Made by a program: the position numbers and the translations under genes. Below the pieces are notes generated by a model. The model was not told the origin of the DNA, ran no database searches, and saw only the letters and a list, made by a program, of their open reading frames with translations. Of a stretch of 64,000 nt of DNA, positions 45,544 through 54,712 are shown in pieces. The stretch is from Thermoplasmata archaeon (GTDB lineage: Archaea; Thermoplasmatota; Thermoplasmata; Lutacidiplasmatales; UBA184): assembly GCA_035945215.1 (NCBI GenBank), contig DASZAJ010000007.1:7264-71263 (forward strand). Direction: 5' to 3'. Numbering within the stretch: the stretch's first letter is position 1; the number at the start of each line of letters is the position of its first letter.

Positions 45544-46572
45544 ATGCCCGTGGGGCTCCCGTTCGGCGACATCGTCCATCCCCGGGAGATTCCGTGGTCG
45601 ACGCTCGCCGGTCGACTTCTAGCCGTGGACGGCAACAATGCCGTCTACCAATTCCTCGCCACGATCCGTCAGCACGATGGTCAGCCGTTCTCCGATCCCA
45701 ATGGCCACGTCACAAGCCACCTCATCGGCGTGTTGTATCGAACGACCTCCCTGCTCGGGCAGGGGATCCGCCCGATCTGGGTCTTCGACGGCAAGCCACC
45801 GGACCTGAAGGCGGGGACCCTGAGCGCCCGATTCCGGGCCAAGGAACGGGCGGAGACGCAATGGAAAGAGGCCGTCGAGCGGCAGGATTGGGAGACCGCG
45901 AAGAGGAAGGCCGCCGCTACCTCCCGATTCACGCGGCCGATGGCCGCCGAAGCGATGGAGCTGCTGCGCGCTCTCGGGGTTCCGACCGTCCAGGCCCCGT
46001 CCGAGGGGGAGGCCCAGGCGGCCCGCATGGCCTCCGACGGCGCGGTGTGGGCGGCCGCTTCCGAGGATTACGATGGATTGCTCTTCGGCGCCCCGCGCCT
46101 GGTGCGCGGTCTGGCGGCCCGGGCCCGATCCGGCAACGATCCCGCCGCCCAGTTGCTGGAGCGGGACGCCGTGCTAGCCGACCTGGGGATCAGCTCGGAG
46201 GAGCTCTTGCTCCTCGGGTTGATCGTCGGGACGGATTTTAACGACGGCGCGCGCGGGTTCGGCCCCAAGAAGGGTCTTCAGCTCGTCCGCAAGCACCTCG
46301 GCTGGGAGGCCACCCTGAACGCCGCGAAGCTCGAGGCGGCGGACGTCGAAGCGGCCGCGGCGATCTTTCGAACGCCGGAGGTCGCCGAACCCGGGCCGAT
46401 CAACTTCCAGCCGATCGATCGGGACGCGGTGGATCGGATCCTCGTCGACGGAAGGGGCTTTTCGGCCGATCGCGTCCATGCCGCGCTGCAGCGCGCCGAG
46501 CGCGCGCCCGTGGTCCTCATGCCCTCCGATGGACGGCGGCAGAGCCGGCTCGACGGGTTCGGGGGAACGTGA
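45544..46572 (+). CDS. fen: flap endonuclease 1
   Basis: The N domain is LAVDGNNAVYQFL and the I domain is GVPTVQAPSEGEAQAARMA. GTDFN is present. 342 aa. Confidence 0.9.
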   Translation: MPVGLPFGDIVHPREIPWSTLAGRLLAVDGNNAVYQFLATIRQHDGQPFSDPNGHVTSHLIGVLYRTTSLLGQGIRPIWVFDGKPPDLKAGTLSARFRAKERAETQWKEAVERQDWETAKRKAAATSRFTRPMAAEAMELLRALGVPTVQAPSEGEAQAARMASDGAVWAAASEDYDGLLFGAPRLVRGLAARARSGNDPAAQLLERDAVLADLGISSEELLLLGLIVGTDFNDGARGFGPKKGLQLVRKHLGWEATLNAAKLEAADVEAAAAIFRTPEVAEPGPINFQPIDRDAVDRILVDGRGFSADRVHAALQRAERAPVVLMPSDGRRQSRLDGFGGT

Positions 46573-48077
46573 AGCTCTTCGAAGCGGTCCCGAACTTCTC
46601 GGAAGGCCGCGATGGAGCGAAGGTCGACCGTATCGCCCAAGCGGGACGCTCCGTTTCGGGGGTCGCTCTGCTCGACGTCGAATCCGATCCCGCCCACCAC
46701 CGCTCCGTCCTGAGCCTTGCCGGCGCGGGCCCTCCGCTCGTCGAGGCCCTCGTTCGCATGTCGCGGGTCGCCCTCGAGGTCATCGACCTCAATCACCACG
46801 TCGGGGAGCACCCTCGAATGGGGGCGGTCGATGTGGTCCCGATCGTCCCGCTCGGGGAGGCGACCATGGCCGAAGCGGTGGCCCTCTCCGAGCAGCTCGC
46901 GCAGCGGGTATGGACCGAGCTGGGGATCCCCGTGTACCTTTACGCCGCTTCGGCCCGGCGGCCGGAGCGCTCCGATCTCGCAAAGCTGCGCCGGGGGGAG
47001 TTCGAGGGCATCCGGGCCGAGATCGCAACGAACCCGGACCGCGCCCCGGACTTCGGATCGGCGCAGGTGCACCCCACGGCGGGCATCGTGGCGATCGGGG
47101 CGCGTCCGATCCTCATCGCCTTCAACGCCTACCTCGCCACGCCGGACGTCGGGATCGCGAAACAGATCGCCCATTCGGTTCGGGAGCGCGACGGGGGATT
47201 GCCGGCCGTGAAGGCCCTCGGATTCACGATCGAGGGCCGCGGGCAGGCGCAAGTTTCGATGAACCTGGTCGACTATCATATGACCCCGATCCACGCCGCA
47301 CTCGAGGCGGTCCGGGCCGAGGCGGGTCGGCGAGGCACGAAGGTCGTGGCATCGGAGGTCGTCGGCCTGGTCCCGACGGACGCCCTCGTGGATGCCGCCG
47401 AGCACTACCTTGAGCTCGAGAAGTTCGACCGGACCGCCCTCCTGGAACGGCGGCTCGAGCGGCTCGAGCGGCTCGACCAGGGCACTCCCTCCGGCGCCGA
47501 CGCGCCCTTGCGCGAAAACTCTCTCTCCGAGTTCTCCGACCGCGTGGCCGCCCGCACGCCGACGCCCGGCGGCGGCAGCGTTTCGGCCGCAGCCGGGGCG
47601 TTCGGGGCGGCCCTCGGGGTGATGGTGCTACGGTACTCGCGCCCGGCCGAGGGACCGGATCCGGAGCTCGACGAGGGGATCGCCGAGCTCGATCGGGCCC
47701 GGAGTCGATTGCTCGAACTGGTGGACGCGGACGCGGCCTCGTACGAGGCGGTGCGTTCCGCGCGCAAGGCCCGGAAGGCCCGACCCGAAGACGTGGAGGC
47801 CCGCCAGGCCCATCGCGCCGCGCTGCGGACCGCGACGGAGGTGCCGTTGGAGACCGCGCGGGTCGCACGCGGGGCCGCGGACCTGCTCGACCGGGTACGC
47901 GGCCGGGTCAAGCCGGCGATCCTCAGCGACCTGGTGACCGGCTCCGCGCTGCTGCGAGCCTCCGTGGTGGGAGCGGCAGCGAACGTGCGGGTGAACCTCA
48001 AGGACCTCGCGCTTGAGGGGATCGACCCCCGGGGGTTAGAGCAGGAGCTCGCGAGCGTGACCGAAGGGCTGCCGTGA
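46569..48077 (+). CDS. glutamate formimidoyltransferase fused to formiminotetrahydrofolate cyclodeaminase (FTCD-like)
   Basis: The N-terminus MKLFEAVPNFSEGRD is the hallmark start of formiminotransferase. The C-terminal domain PTPGGGSVSAAAGAFGAALGVMV is cyclodeaminase-like. Confidence 0.75.
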   Translation: MKLFEAVPNFSEGRDGAKVDRIAQAGRSVSGVALLDVESDPAHHRSVLSLAGAGPPLVEALVRMSRVALEVIDLNHHVGEHPRMGAVDVVPIVPLGEATMAEAVALSEQLAQRVWTELGIPVYLYAASARRPERSDLAKLRRGEFEGIRAEIATNPDRAPDFGSAQVHPTAGIVAIGARPILIAFNAYLATPDVGIAKQIAHSVRERDGGLPAVKALGFTIEGRGQAQVSMNLVDYHMTPIHAALEAVRAEAGRRGTKVVASEVVGLVPTDALVDAAEHYLELEKFDRTALLERRLERLERLDQGTPSGADAPLRENSLSEFSDRVAARTPTPGGGSVSAAAGAFGAALGVMVLRYSRPAEGPDPELDEGIAELDRARSRLLELVDADAASYEAVRSARKARKARPEDVEARQAHRAALRTATEVPLETARVARGAADLLDRVRGRVKPAILSDLVTGSALLRASVVGAAANVRVNLKDLALEGIDPRGLEQELASVTEGLP

Positions 48078-48742
48078 ACGCCGACCGCCCCGAGATCCTC
48101 GTCAACTGCGCCGTCTCCCTCGACGGTCGACTGGCGTGCGCGGGGGGCCGCCGCGCGCTCCTGTCCGGTCCCGAAGACCTGGTCCGCGTCCAACGGATGC
48201 GTGCCTCCGCCTCGGCGATCGTCGTGGGCGCCGGCACGGTGATCTCGGACGACCCGTCCCTGCGGGTCCACTGGGACATGCTAGGCGAGGCGGAACGCGC
48301 CGGACCGGTGCGGGTCGTGCTCGATTCGATGGGGCGGATCCCCGACGGCGCCCGGGTTCTTGATGGGACGCAGCCGACCCTCATCGTCACGGCCGAGCGG
48401 TGCCGCCGTCGGTTCCCCCCGACGGTCGAGACGGTCGTCGGGGGCGCGGATCGCGTCGAGCTCCCCCAGCTATGGACCCTTCTCAGCGCCCGGGGGATGC
48501 GTTCGGTGATGGTCGAGGGGGGCGGCAATGTCATCGCGAGCGTGCTGCGTTCGGGGGAGTTCGACCGGATGACCGTGTACGTCGCCCCGGTCGTCATCGG
48601 CGGTCGGACGGCCCCGAGCCTGGCGATCGGTCCGGAGTGTGCCGACGAGTCCGGGCTCCAGCCCGTGGTCTTCCTCGAAGCGCGGCCGTTGGGGACCGGC
48701 GTGCTGCTTACGTACGGCCCGCCCCGGGCAGGGCCGAGCTAG
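48074..48742 (+). CDS. 2,5-diamino-6-ribosylamino-4(3H)-pyrimidinone 5'-phosphate reductase (RibD C-terminal-type reductase)
   Basis: ILVNCAVSLDGRLA, VVGAGTVISDDPSL and MVEGGGNVIASVL are DHFR-like reductase-fold motifs. Confidence 0.75.
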   Translation: MNADRPEILVNCAVSLDGRLACAGGRRALLSGPEDLVRVQRMRASASAIVVGAGTVISDDPSLRVHWDMLGEAERAGPVRVVLDSMGRIPDGARVLDGTQPTLIVTAERCRRRFPPTVETVVGGADRVELPQLWTLLSARGMRSVMVEGGGNVIASVLRSGEFDRMTVYVAPVVIGGRTAPSLAIGPECADESGLQPVVFLEARPLGTGVLLTYGPPRAGPS

Positions 48743-48787
48743 CCGAGGGCTTATCTTTCGGGCCGCGTCGCCCCACGGAGGTCTGCC

Positions 48788-49771
48788 GTGCGGCTCGTGC
48801 ATTTCGTCCTGTCCGATCAGTTCCACTTCGGCATGATCACCGACCAGAACGAGTTCATCGACCTCGACACCGCCTGCCGCGATTACTTCGGCGTGAATCC
48901 GATCAAAGGGGCCGATCCGAGCCGGTTCCGCGACATGCGGGCGTTCTTCCAGGGCGGCCCCGAGTCGGTCGAGATCACCCGGAAGATCCTCGAGTACATC
49001 GAGCGGCGTCGGAAGGCCGGCTGGACCCCGAGGGCGGCGACGGGGGCCCGCTTCCTTTTCAAACCCGAAGAGGGGGTCCGGCTCCTCGCGCCCATCGTCG
49101 CCGGCTCGAAGATCTACTGCCTGGCGGCGAACTCCCGCTCGCACGTGGCGGAGCAGGCGAAGCCCGCCCCGAGCCAGCCGTTCGCCTTCACGCGCTTCTT
49201 CAACAGCCTGGTCGGCCCGAGCGAGCCCCTCGTGCTCCACGCCGCCGGGAGCTTCCCCGACGTCGAACTCGAGCTCGCGGCCGTCGTCGGACTGCGCGGC
49301 AAGCATGTCAGCGCAGCGAAGGCGATGGACCACGTGGCCGGCTACACGATCGCCCTCGACATGGGCTACCGGGACCTCCAGTATCCGGCCGCGGGCTCGG
49401 TCGACTGGGTCATGGGCAAGGGGTTCGACGCGACGATGGCCGTCGGGCCCTGGGTGGTCCCGAAGGAGGAGGTCGGGGAACCGTACCCGCTACGGATGGA
49501 GCTGAAGGTCGGGGGCGTCCTGCGGCAGGCCGGGGACACCTCCGACTACATCTTCCGGATCCCGCAGGTGATCGAGCATCTGACGAAGGGGATCACGCTC
49601 GAGCCCGGGGACTTGATCTCGCTCGGGAGCCTGGGTGGAACGAAGGGATTCGAGTTCGGCCAGGAGTCCCGCAAGCTCAAGGCCGGGGACAGCATCGAGG
49701 GTTCCATCGAGAAGATCGGTCGCCTCGTCGTCCCCGTCACACCGGAAGCTCCGCCTCCCCCCGCAGGATAA
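48788..49771 (+). CDS. fumarylacetoacetate hydrolase (FAH) family protein
   Basis: The C-terminal domain carries FAH-fold motifs (GDLISLGSLGGTKGFEFG...LKAGDSIEGSIEKIGRL). 327 aa. Confidence 0.75.
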   Translation: MRLVHFVLSDQFHFGMITDQNEFIDLDTACRDYFGVNPIKGADPSRFRDMRAFFQGGPESVEITRKILEYIERRRKAGWTPRAATGARFLFKPEEGVRLLAPIVAGSKIYCLAANSRSHVAEQAKPAPSQPFAFTRFFNSLVGPSEPLVLHAAGSFPDVELELAAVVGLRGKHVSAAKAMDHVAGYTIALDMGYRDLQYPAAGSVDWVMGKGFDATMAVGPWVVPKEEVGEPYPLRMELKVGGVLRQAGDTSDYIFRIPQVIEHLTKGITLEPGDLISLGSLGGTKGFEFGQESRKLKAGDSIEGSIEKIGRLVVPVTPEAPPPPAG

Positions 49772-50942
49772 GGAACAGGCCGACCGGCTCGGGGACCCCG
49801 AGCGTCTCCCCCGCGGAGCCGCGCACGATCGGATCGAACGGGTAATCCACCGCTTCGGTCAGTCGGACCGAGACGTCCCCCCCTCCAGGGGAAGCGGTCA
49901 GGGCGTCGCGCATCGGGTCGAACGCGTCGAGCTCGTCCCGGTTGAGCGGGAGAACGCGGAATCCCGTCCCCCCGTGCAGCGACCCGGGCAACCGGATGAG
50001 CCGGTGGATGTCGGTGGTGACGGGCGCGTCGGTCTCCCCTTGGACCTCGACGGCCGCGCTGCGCAGGACGGCGGCGAGCAGGTCGGTCGGGACCTTGATC
50101 GGGAACGCCTCCAGGCTCAGCCCGTCGCGCACCCGCGCGGCCCCGTGCTGCTCGACGAGGTAGCGGGCGAGCCGACGGGCCGTCGCCGGGTCGGCCCCGG
50201 CGCGGCGGAGGTCGGCGTCGGCCACCTCGAGCCCCTCCGATTCCCATCGGTGGAGTAGCTCGAGCCAGCCCCGGGTCGTCCGCCCGCGCCAACCGGGGGC
50301 GTCCGGTCGGGCGAGGCTGCGGAACGGCCGGGTCCTCTGCGTCGCCTCGTCGCGGTGGCGTTCCTCTCGGATGAACGCCGTGACATCGACCTCCGCTCCG
50401 GACAGGTAGTCGACGAGTTCGCGTCGCTCCCCGCTCGAAAGCTCGCGGAACCGCTCGTCGCGCACGTGGACGTGGTAGCCGCGTCCGCCGGAGAACACGA
50501 TCTGCATTCGGGCCGGGTCGACACCGAAATCCTGCTCGAGGAAGTCATCGTACAGTCGTTTGAGCTGCTGCTTGACGAGCGCGAGCTGGACGGCGTAGCT
50601 GAGGGCCCCGGCGCCGCGGAGGTGATCCGCGTCCAGGTCGAAGATGAGGTCGGCCCCCCGCCACGCCTTGGCCGCCATCGTCGGATGGGCCGGATGGGTG
50701 TAGTACGCCGAGGAATAGTAGATGTGCCGGGGAACGGTCGTTCCGAGGTACTCTCGCAGCGCCGCCGGGGTCGGGAGGGCGGCGTGCCGCCGCATCATCG
50801 TCTCTTGGGCGAACGGGAACGCCGCGAATTCCCGCTGCGCCATCTCCGGGGGCGGGTCGATCGGCGGGTCCCGGTAGTAGGTGGCGAACCTTGCGCGCGC
50901 CCATCCGAGCGCCGGTTCGTGCAACGCGACGATCTTCGCCAT
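49737..50942 (-). CDS. priS: DNA primase small (catalytic) subunit
   Basis: The catalytic Asp motif is DLIFDLDADH and SGGRGYHVHV is present. 401 aa. This is the archaeo-eukaryotic primase fold. Confidence 0.85.
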   Translation of the reverse strand: MAKIVALHEPALGWARARFATYYRDPPIDPPPEMAQREFAAFPFAQETMMRRHAALPTPAALREYLGTTVPRHIYYSSAYYTHPAHPTMAAKAWRGADLIFDLDADHLRGAGALSYAVQLALVKQQLKRLYDDFLEQDFGVDPARMQIVFSGGRGYHVHVRDERFRELSSGERRELVDYLSGAEVDVTAFIREERHRDEATQRTRPFRSLARPDAPGWRGRTTRGWLELLHRWESEGLEVADADLRRAGADPATARRLARYLVEQHGAARVRDGLSLEAFPIKVPTDLLAAVLRSAAVEVQGETDAPVTTDIHRLIRLPGSLHGGTGFRVLPLNRDELDAFDPMRDALTASPGGGDVSVRLTEAVDYPFDPIVRGSAGETLGVPEPVGLFLILRGEAELPV

Positions 50943-50951
50943 CGGTCCCCG

Positions 50952-51527
50952 CTACTCCGGGAACTCCTCCACGGGAGCCGATTCCGAGGCCGCGTCTCGT
51001 GCGTCGTCGCGCCGCTGGCGCGCGAGCAGGTGGAAGACGGTGGAGTGTTCGCTGCCGCGCAGGAGAAGTTCGACCGCATGCGTCGCGCGCTCCAGCTCCC
51101 GCTCGCGGCCGATGATCGCCACGGTCGATCCGTACACGCTCAGGGAGCAGCCCGAGAGCTCCTCGATCCGCGTGCGCGCCATTCCCTGGCTCCCGATCAG
51201 GCGCGACCGGATCCGCCACAGCTGCGATTTCCCCCGCTTGCCGCTGACGAGCTTGATGTCGATCACCGCGAGGTAGGTGTCGTCCCGGAGCAGACGGCGA
51301 GCGCGTTCGGGGGAGAAGCCCCGGCCGATCGCGAGCAGGACGTCCCGCGCCTTCAGCACGGCGAGCGGATCCCCGTCGTCCGGTCCGGCGATCCGGAACT
51401 CCCCTTCATCCGGACCCGACTCGATCTGCGTCCGGGTGCTGGCGGCCAGGGCCCGTTTCACCGAGCCACCGGGGCCGATCGCCGCGCCGATGCGGTCCTC
51501 CGGGATGCGAACGTGGAGTACCGGCAT
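50952..51527 (-). CDS. KH-domain RNA-binding protein (Dim2/Pno1-like)
   Basis: The gene starts at internal ATG 51527 (MPVLHVRIPEDRIGAAIGPGGSVKRAL, with a GxxG KH loop) and carries a second KH-like segment. The start shares one base with the RIO kinase stop (TGATG). Confidence 0.7.
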   Translation of the reverse strand: MPVLHVRIPEDRIGAAIGPGGSVKRALAASTRTQIESGPDEGEFRIAGPDDGDPLAVLKARDVLLAIGRGFSPERARRLLRDDTYLAVIDIKLVSGKRGKSQLWRIRSRLIGSQGMARTRIEELSGCSLSVYGSTVAIIGRERELERATHAVELLLRGSEHSTVFHLLARQRRDDARDAASESAPVEEFPE

Positions 51528-52339
51528 CAGGCGGCTCCGTCCGGCCAGATCTCCGGGACCCCGATCGCCTCGAGCATCGCTTGGGGCGTCGTCGCCACCC
51601 CCAGTCGGGCGAAGTACCGGGCGAAATTCTTGACGTCTCGCTCGAGGAGAGACCGGGCTTGCGGATGATCGGAGGAGATCGATTGCGCGACGTCGATGAG
51701 CACCGGGCGGCCCTCGTGCAGAAGGACATTGTACGGGGAAAGGTCCCCATGCACGAAACGGGCATCGCGAACCATGCGTCCGATCTCTCCGACCAGGTCT
51801 CGGTAGAGGCGCTCGGGGTCCTCCACCGCCGATTCCTGTAGCGTCGGCGCGGGTAGCCCCTCCGTCCCGATTAGGTCCATGACGAGAACGTTGCGAAGGT
51901 AACCGTACGGTTGGGGGCAACGTACCTTCGCGGCCGCCATCTTTCGGAGGATCGTGTGCTCGCGGCGGGTCCAGGCGAAAATGAGCTGGGACCGGTTCCG
52001 GGCGCTCGCCTCCTTCAGGAGCTCCTCGAGGACGTAGGCGGGTAGATGTCGGAACATCGTATTGCCGACCCGATAGACCTTGACGGCCCGGTACCCCCCG
52101 GCGATCGTCGCTCGGAAGACCCCTCCCTCCTTGCCCGTGGAGATCGGATAGTCGAGCGAATCGAACTGGCCCTGCGTAACTAGGCGAGATACCGCCAGCA
52201 GGGTGGGGTGGTCGAAGAACTCATCGAGTAACTTGCGGTGCCGGGCATCCTTCCGCCGGTCCTCGACGCGCTCCTTCTTGGTGGGGTAGAGCAACTCCAT
52301 CGGGTCGGGCATGCGACGGTCGGCGTACGCCGCTTCCAC
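51527..52339 (-). CDS. RIO-type serine/threonine protein kinase
   Basis: The catalytic loop is FVHGDLSPYNVLL, the VAIK-like motif is YRAVKVYR, and DVAQS is the DFG-equivalent. 270 aa. Confidence 0.85.
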   Translation of the reverse strand: MEAAYADRRMPDPMELLYPTKKERVEDRRKDARHRKLLDEFFDHPTLLAVSRLVTQGQFDSLDYPISTGKEGGVFRATIAGGYRAVKVYRVGNTMFRHLPAYVLEELLKEASARNRSQLIFAWTRREHTILRKMAAAKVRCPQPYGYLRNVLVMDLIGTEGLPAPTLQESAVEDPERLYRDLVGEIGRMVRDARFVHGDLSPYNVLLHEGRPVLIDVAQSISSDHPQARSLLERDVKNFARYFARLGVATTPQAMLEAIGVPEIWPDGAA

Positions 52340-52458
52340 CTAAAGGCGCCGCCCGTCCGAATCCGGCGGTGGAGGAAGGTCCCTCCGTCCAGCGTCGGGT
52401 TACGGAGCCGTAACCAACCCCTCATAAGGCGCTCGAAACATGTACTCCGGGGAGAACC

Positions 52459-53028
52459 ATGCTCACGGCGACGATAGGTCCGGGCGGTCGGCCGCGTTTG
52501 TCGGCGAACCCGGCGCCCGGCGCGATATCGGGCTCGCCCCACCCGCCGTTTGAATCTGCCCTCGACGAGGCGATGGACTACGATCAGATCTTCCGAGTCG
52601 TCCGCGCCACCACCCGGTCCGCCCTTGGGCTGGAACGAACCGGTTTGGGACTCGCCTTGTCCGATCTGCCCCCCTCCCTGGGAGCGTATTGGCCGGTGAC
52701 GGGGAACCTCATCGTGCTGAACGAAGGCCTAGTGCAGACGATGCGATCGAACGCCCGCACCCAGCAGGAGTTCAACTCGTTCGTATTCGTCGTTCTGGCC
52801 CATGAGTACCTCCACGCCCTTGGGTACCTATCGGAGCGTGAGGTTCGGCCGGTCACCGCCCGGGTCTCCCGATTTGCCTTCGGCCCGCACCACCCGGCGA
52901 CCCGGATGGCGGAAGGCGACATGTGGAGGATGTATCCGTTCCTCCAATCGGCACCCCCCGGTCGGGGTCAGCGCCTCAAGATCGTCTCCGGCTTCGACCG
53001 GGCGGCCACGTCGCAATACATCCGCTAG
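52459..53028 (+). CDS. putative HExxH zinc metallopeptidase-like protein
   Basis: FVFVVLAHEYLHALG has HExxH in a hydrophobic context. The start is either 52459 or internal ATG 52573 (MDYDQIF). I could not place it in a family. Confidence 0.4.
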   Translation: MLTATIGPGGRPRLSANPAPGAISGSPHPPFESALDEAMDYDQIFRVVRATTRSALGLERTGLGLALSDLPPSLGAYWPVTGNLIVLNEGLVQTMRSNARTQQEFNSFVFVVLAHEYLHALGYLSEREVRPVTARVSRFAFGPHHPATRMAEGDMWRMYPFLQSAPPGRGQRLKIVSGFDRAATSQYIR

Positions 53029-53099
53029 GCCCGAGGGCCCGCGGCGCGGCGCGTCCCGACTAGGCTTTATCGGGCACGCGGCCTGTCCTGACCCGATCG

Positions 53100-53570
53100 A
53101 TGGTCGTCGTGGACGTCTTTGTGGGGGCCGCCCTCATCGTCGTGGGGCTCATCCTGTTCGCGCTGGAATTCGCCCACCCAGGGGTGTTACTCTTCATCCC
53201 CGGCTCGGTGCTATTGGTGGGCGGCTTCCTGTACCTGTACCTTCCCTCGGTGCTCTTGGACAGCCCCGCCGGTCCGCTCGCTGTTCTGCTGGCCGCGGTA
53301 GCGGCCGGCCTCCTCGAGATCCCGTACTATCGATGGGTCGCGCCAACGCACAAGCCGATGACGACGACGTCGGCGGGTCTCCAGGGTGAGCTCGCCATCG
53401 TTACGAGCCCCATCGTGCCAAACACCCTGAAGGGAAAGATCCGGGTACGGTCGGAGATCTGGTCGGCCTCAGCGGATCGACCGATCGCAATCGGGACCCG
53501 GGTTCGGGTCGTTCGCGGAGAGGGCGTGTCGGTGTGGGTCGAGCCGGCGGATCCTCCCGCCGAAGCCTAA
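53100..53570 (+). CDS. NfeD-family membrane protein (stomatin operon partner, C-terminal OB-fold)
   Basis: It has 3 TM helices followed by LQGELAIVTSPIVPNTLKGKIRVRSEIWSASADRPIAIGTRVRVVRGEGVSVWVEP (NfeD beta-barrel). Confidence 0.8.
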   Translation: MVVVDVFVGAALIVVGLILFALEFAHPGVLLFIPGSVLLVGGFLYLYLPSVLLDSPAGPLAVLLAAVAAGLLEIPYYRWVAPTHKPMTTTSAGLQGELAIVTSPIVPNTLKGKIRVRSEIWSASADRPIAIGTRVRVVRGEGVSVWVEPADPPAEA

Positions 53571-53642
53571 CCTCGGGCGAGGCCGCGCCGTACCTCGACT
53601 CCGAGGAAACCTCTTATCCTAAGGTCGCAGTCGAACCCTTGG

Positions 53643-54326
53643 ATGCGGCGGTCCCGGGGTGTGTTCCTCGCGGCTTCGACGCTCCTTGTCCTGTCCGGGC
53701 TCCTGGCGGGCGGCGTGGCCCCCGCGGTCGGTCTCTCTCACGCCCCCGCTCGAGTCGGGACGATCACGCTCGCGTCGGCCGCCCCACCGGGCCCGGTGCA
53801 CGCCTTTGTAACCTGGGACGGGACGAATGTCTCCACCGCCACGAGCGATAGCTCGGCCCGCTCGGTCAATCTAGCCTCCACCATCACCCTGAGGTACATC
53901 TGGTCGAGTGCCGGGCTCCATACTATCAGCGACGCGCGGTTGCAGATGTTCTACTTCGGCTTCGCACTCTCGACGCGCGATGTCCTCGATGAGAACCCCC
54001 AGCCGGCCAACAATGGCTCGTTCACCATGACCTGGCAGGCCGGCACGATCGCCTACCTTCTCGAAGGGACGTTCCGGCTCACTGCGAGTCTTCTGGACCC
54101 GGCGGGCAATACCATGTGGTCGGAAGATTTCTTCATCCACGCAAATGCCCCGTTCAGCCTCCTCGCGGCCATCCCCATCGTCCTGGTGCTGATCGCGGTA
54201 TACGAGGTATACGGCCTCCTTACCTCGGGTCGCGAACCACCGCTGTCCAAGCCCGCGAGCCGGCCCCCCAAGTCGCCCCCATCGGGCGGCAAGGGCGCCG
54301 AACCGACCCCGGAGGAACCCAAATGA
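53643..54326 (+). CDS. secreted glycoprotein with C-terminal TM anchor, inserted in the NfeD-stomatin operon
   Basis: The signal peptide is GVFLAASTLLVLSGLLAGGVAPAVG. Sequons NVS and NGS are present. The TM helix is LLAAIPIVLVLIAVYEVYGLL, followed by a Pro/Lys-rich tail. Confidence 0.55.
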   Translation: MRRSRGVFLAASTLLVLSGLLAGGVAPAVGLSHAPARVGTITLASAAPPGPVHAFVTWDGTNVSTATSDSSARSVNLASTITLRYIWSSAGLHTISDARLQMFYFGFALSTRDVLDENPQPANNGSFTMTWQAGTIAYLLEGTFRLTASLLDPAGNTMWSEDFFIHANAPFSLLAAIPIVLVLIAVYEVYGLLTSGREPPLSKPASRPPKSPPSGGKGAEPTPEEPK

Positions 54327-54550
54327 GCGCCACGACGCGGGGGCTCAGCTCGGGGGTCATCCTTGGCGTCGTGCTGGTGCTGCTCGGTCAGCAGTTCGGG
54401 CTTTTCGACATGAGCGAGCTCTCCAATGCCCTGATCTACTTGATTGTCGGAGCGGTGGCATTCGGCGTTCTCGGGGGCCTGGTCGGGGCCCGCCTCGGCC
54501 GCCGGAACATCGCGCGCGTGCCGCCAAAGACGCCCGACCCGTCCGGCTGA
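54323..54550 (+). CDS. small 2-TM membrane protein
   Basis: The ATG overlaps the upstream stop (ATGA). The sequence is MSATTRGLSSGVILGVVLVLLGQQFGLFDMSELSNALIYLIVGAVAFGVLGGLVGARLG... Confidence 0.5.
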   Translation: MSATTRGLSSGVILGVVLVLLGQQFGLFDMSELSNALIYLIVGAVAFGVLGGLVGARLGRRNIARVPPKTPDPSG

Positions 54551-54712
54551 ATTCGCCGGGCCGGCGGGGCCGCTCCGCGGCGTTCGATCCGAGTCGATGG
54601 ACCGAGCAAACCGGACCTCCGCCTGGACCGAATGCAGTCCAGAAACAGTAAGTAGGGTCGCAAGCCTGCCGACGCCGGCTCGCCGTCGGGCGGGCAGGAC
54701 CCTTGAATCAAC

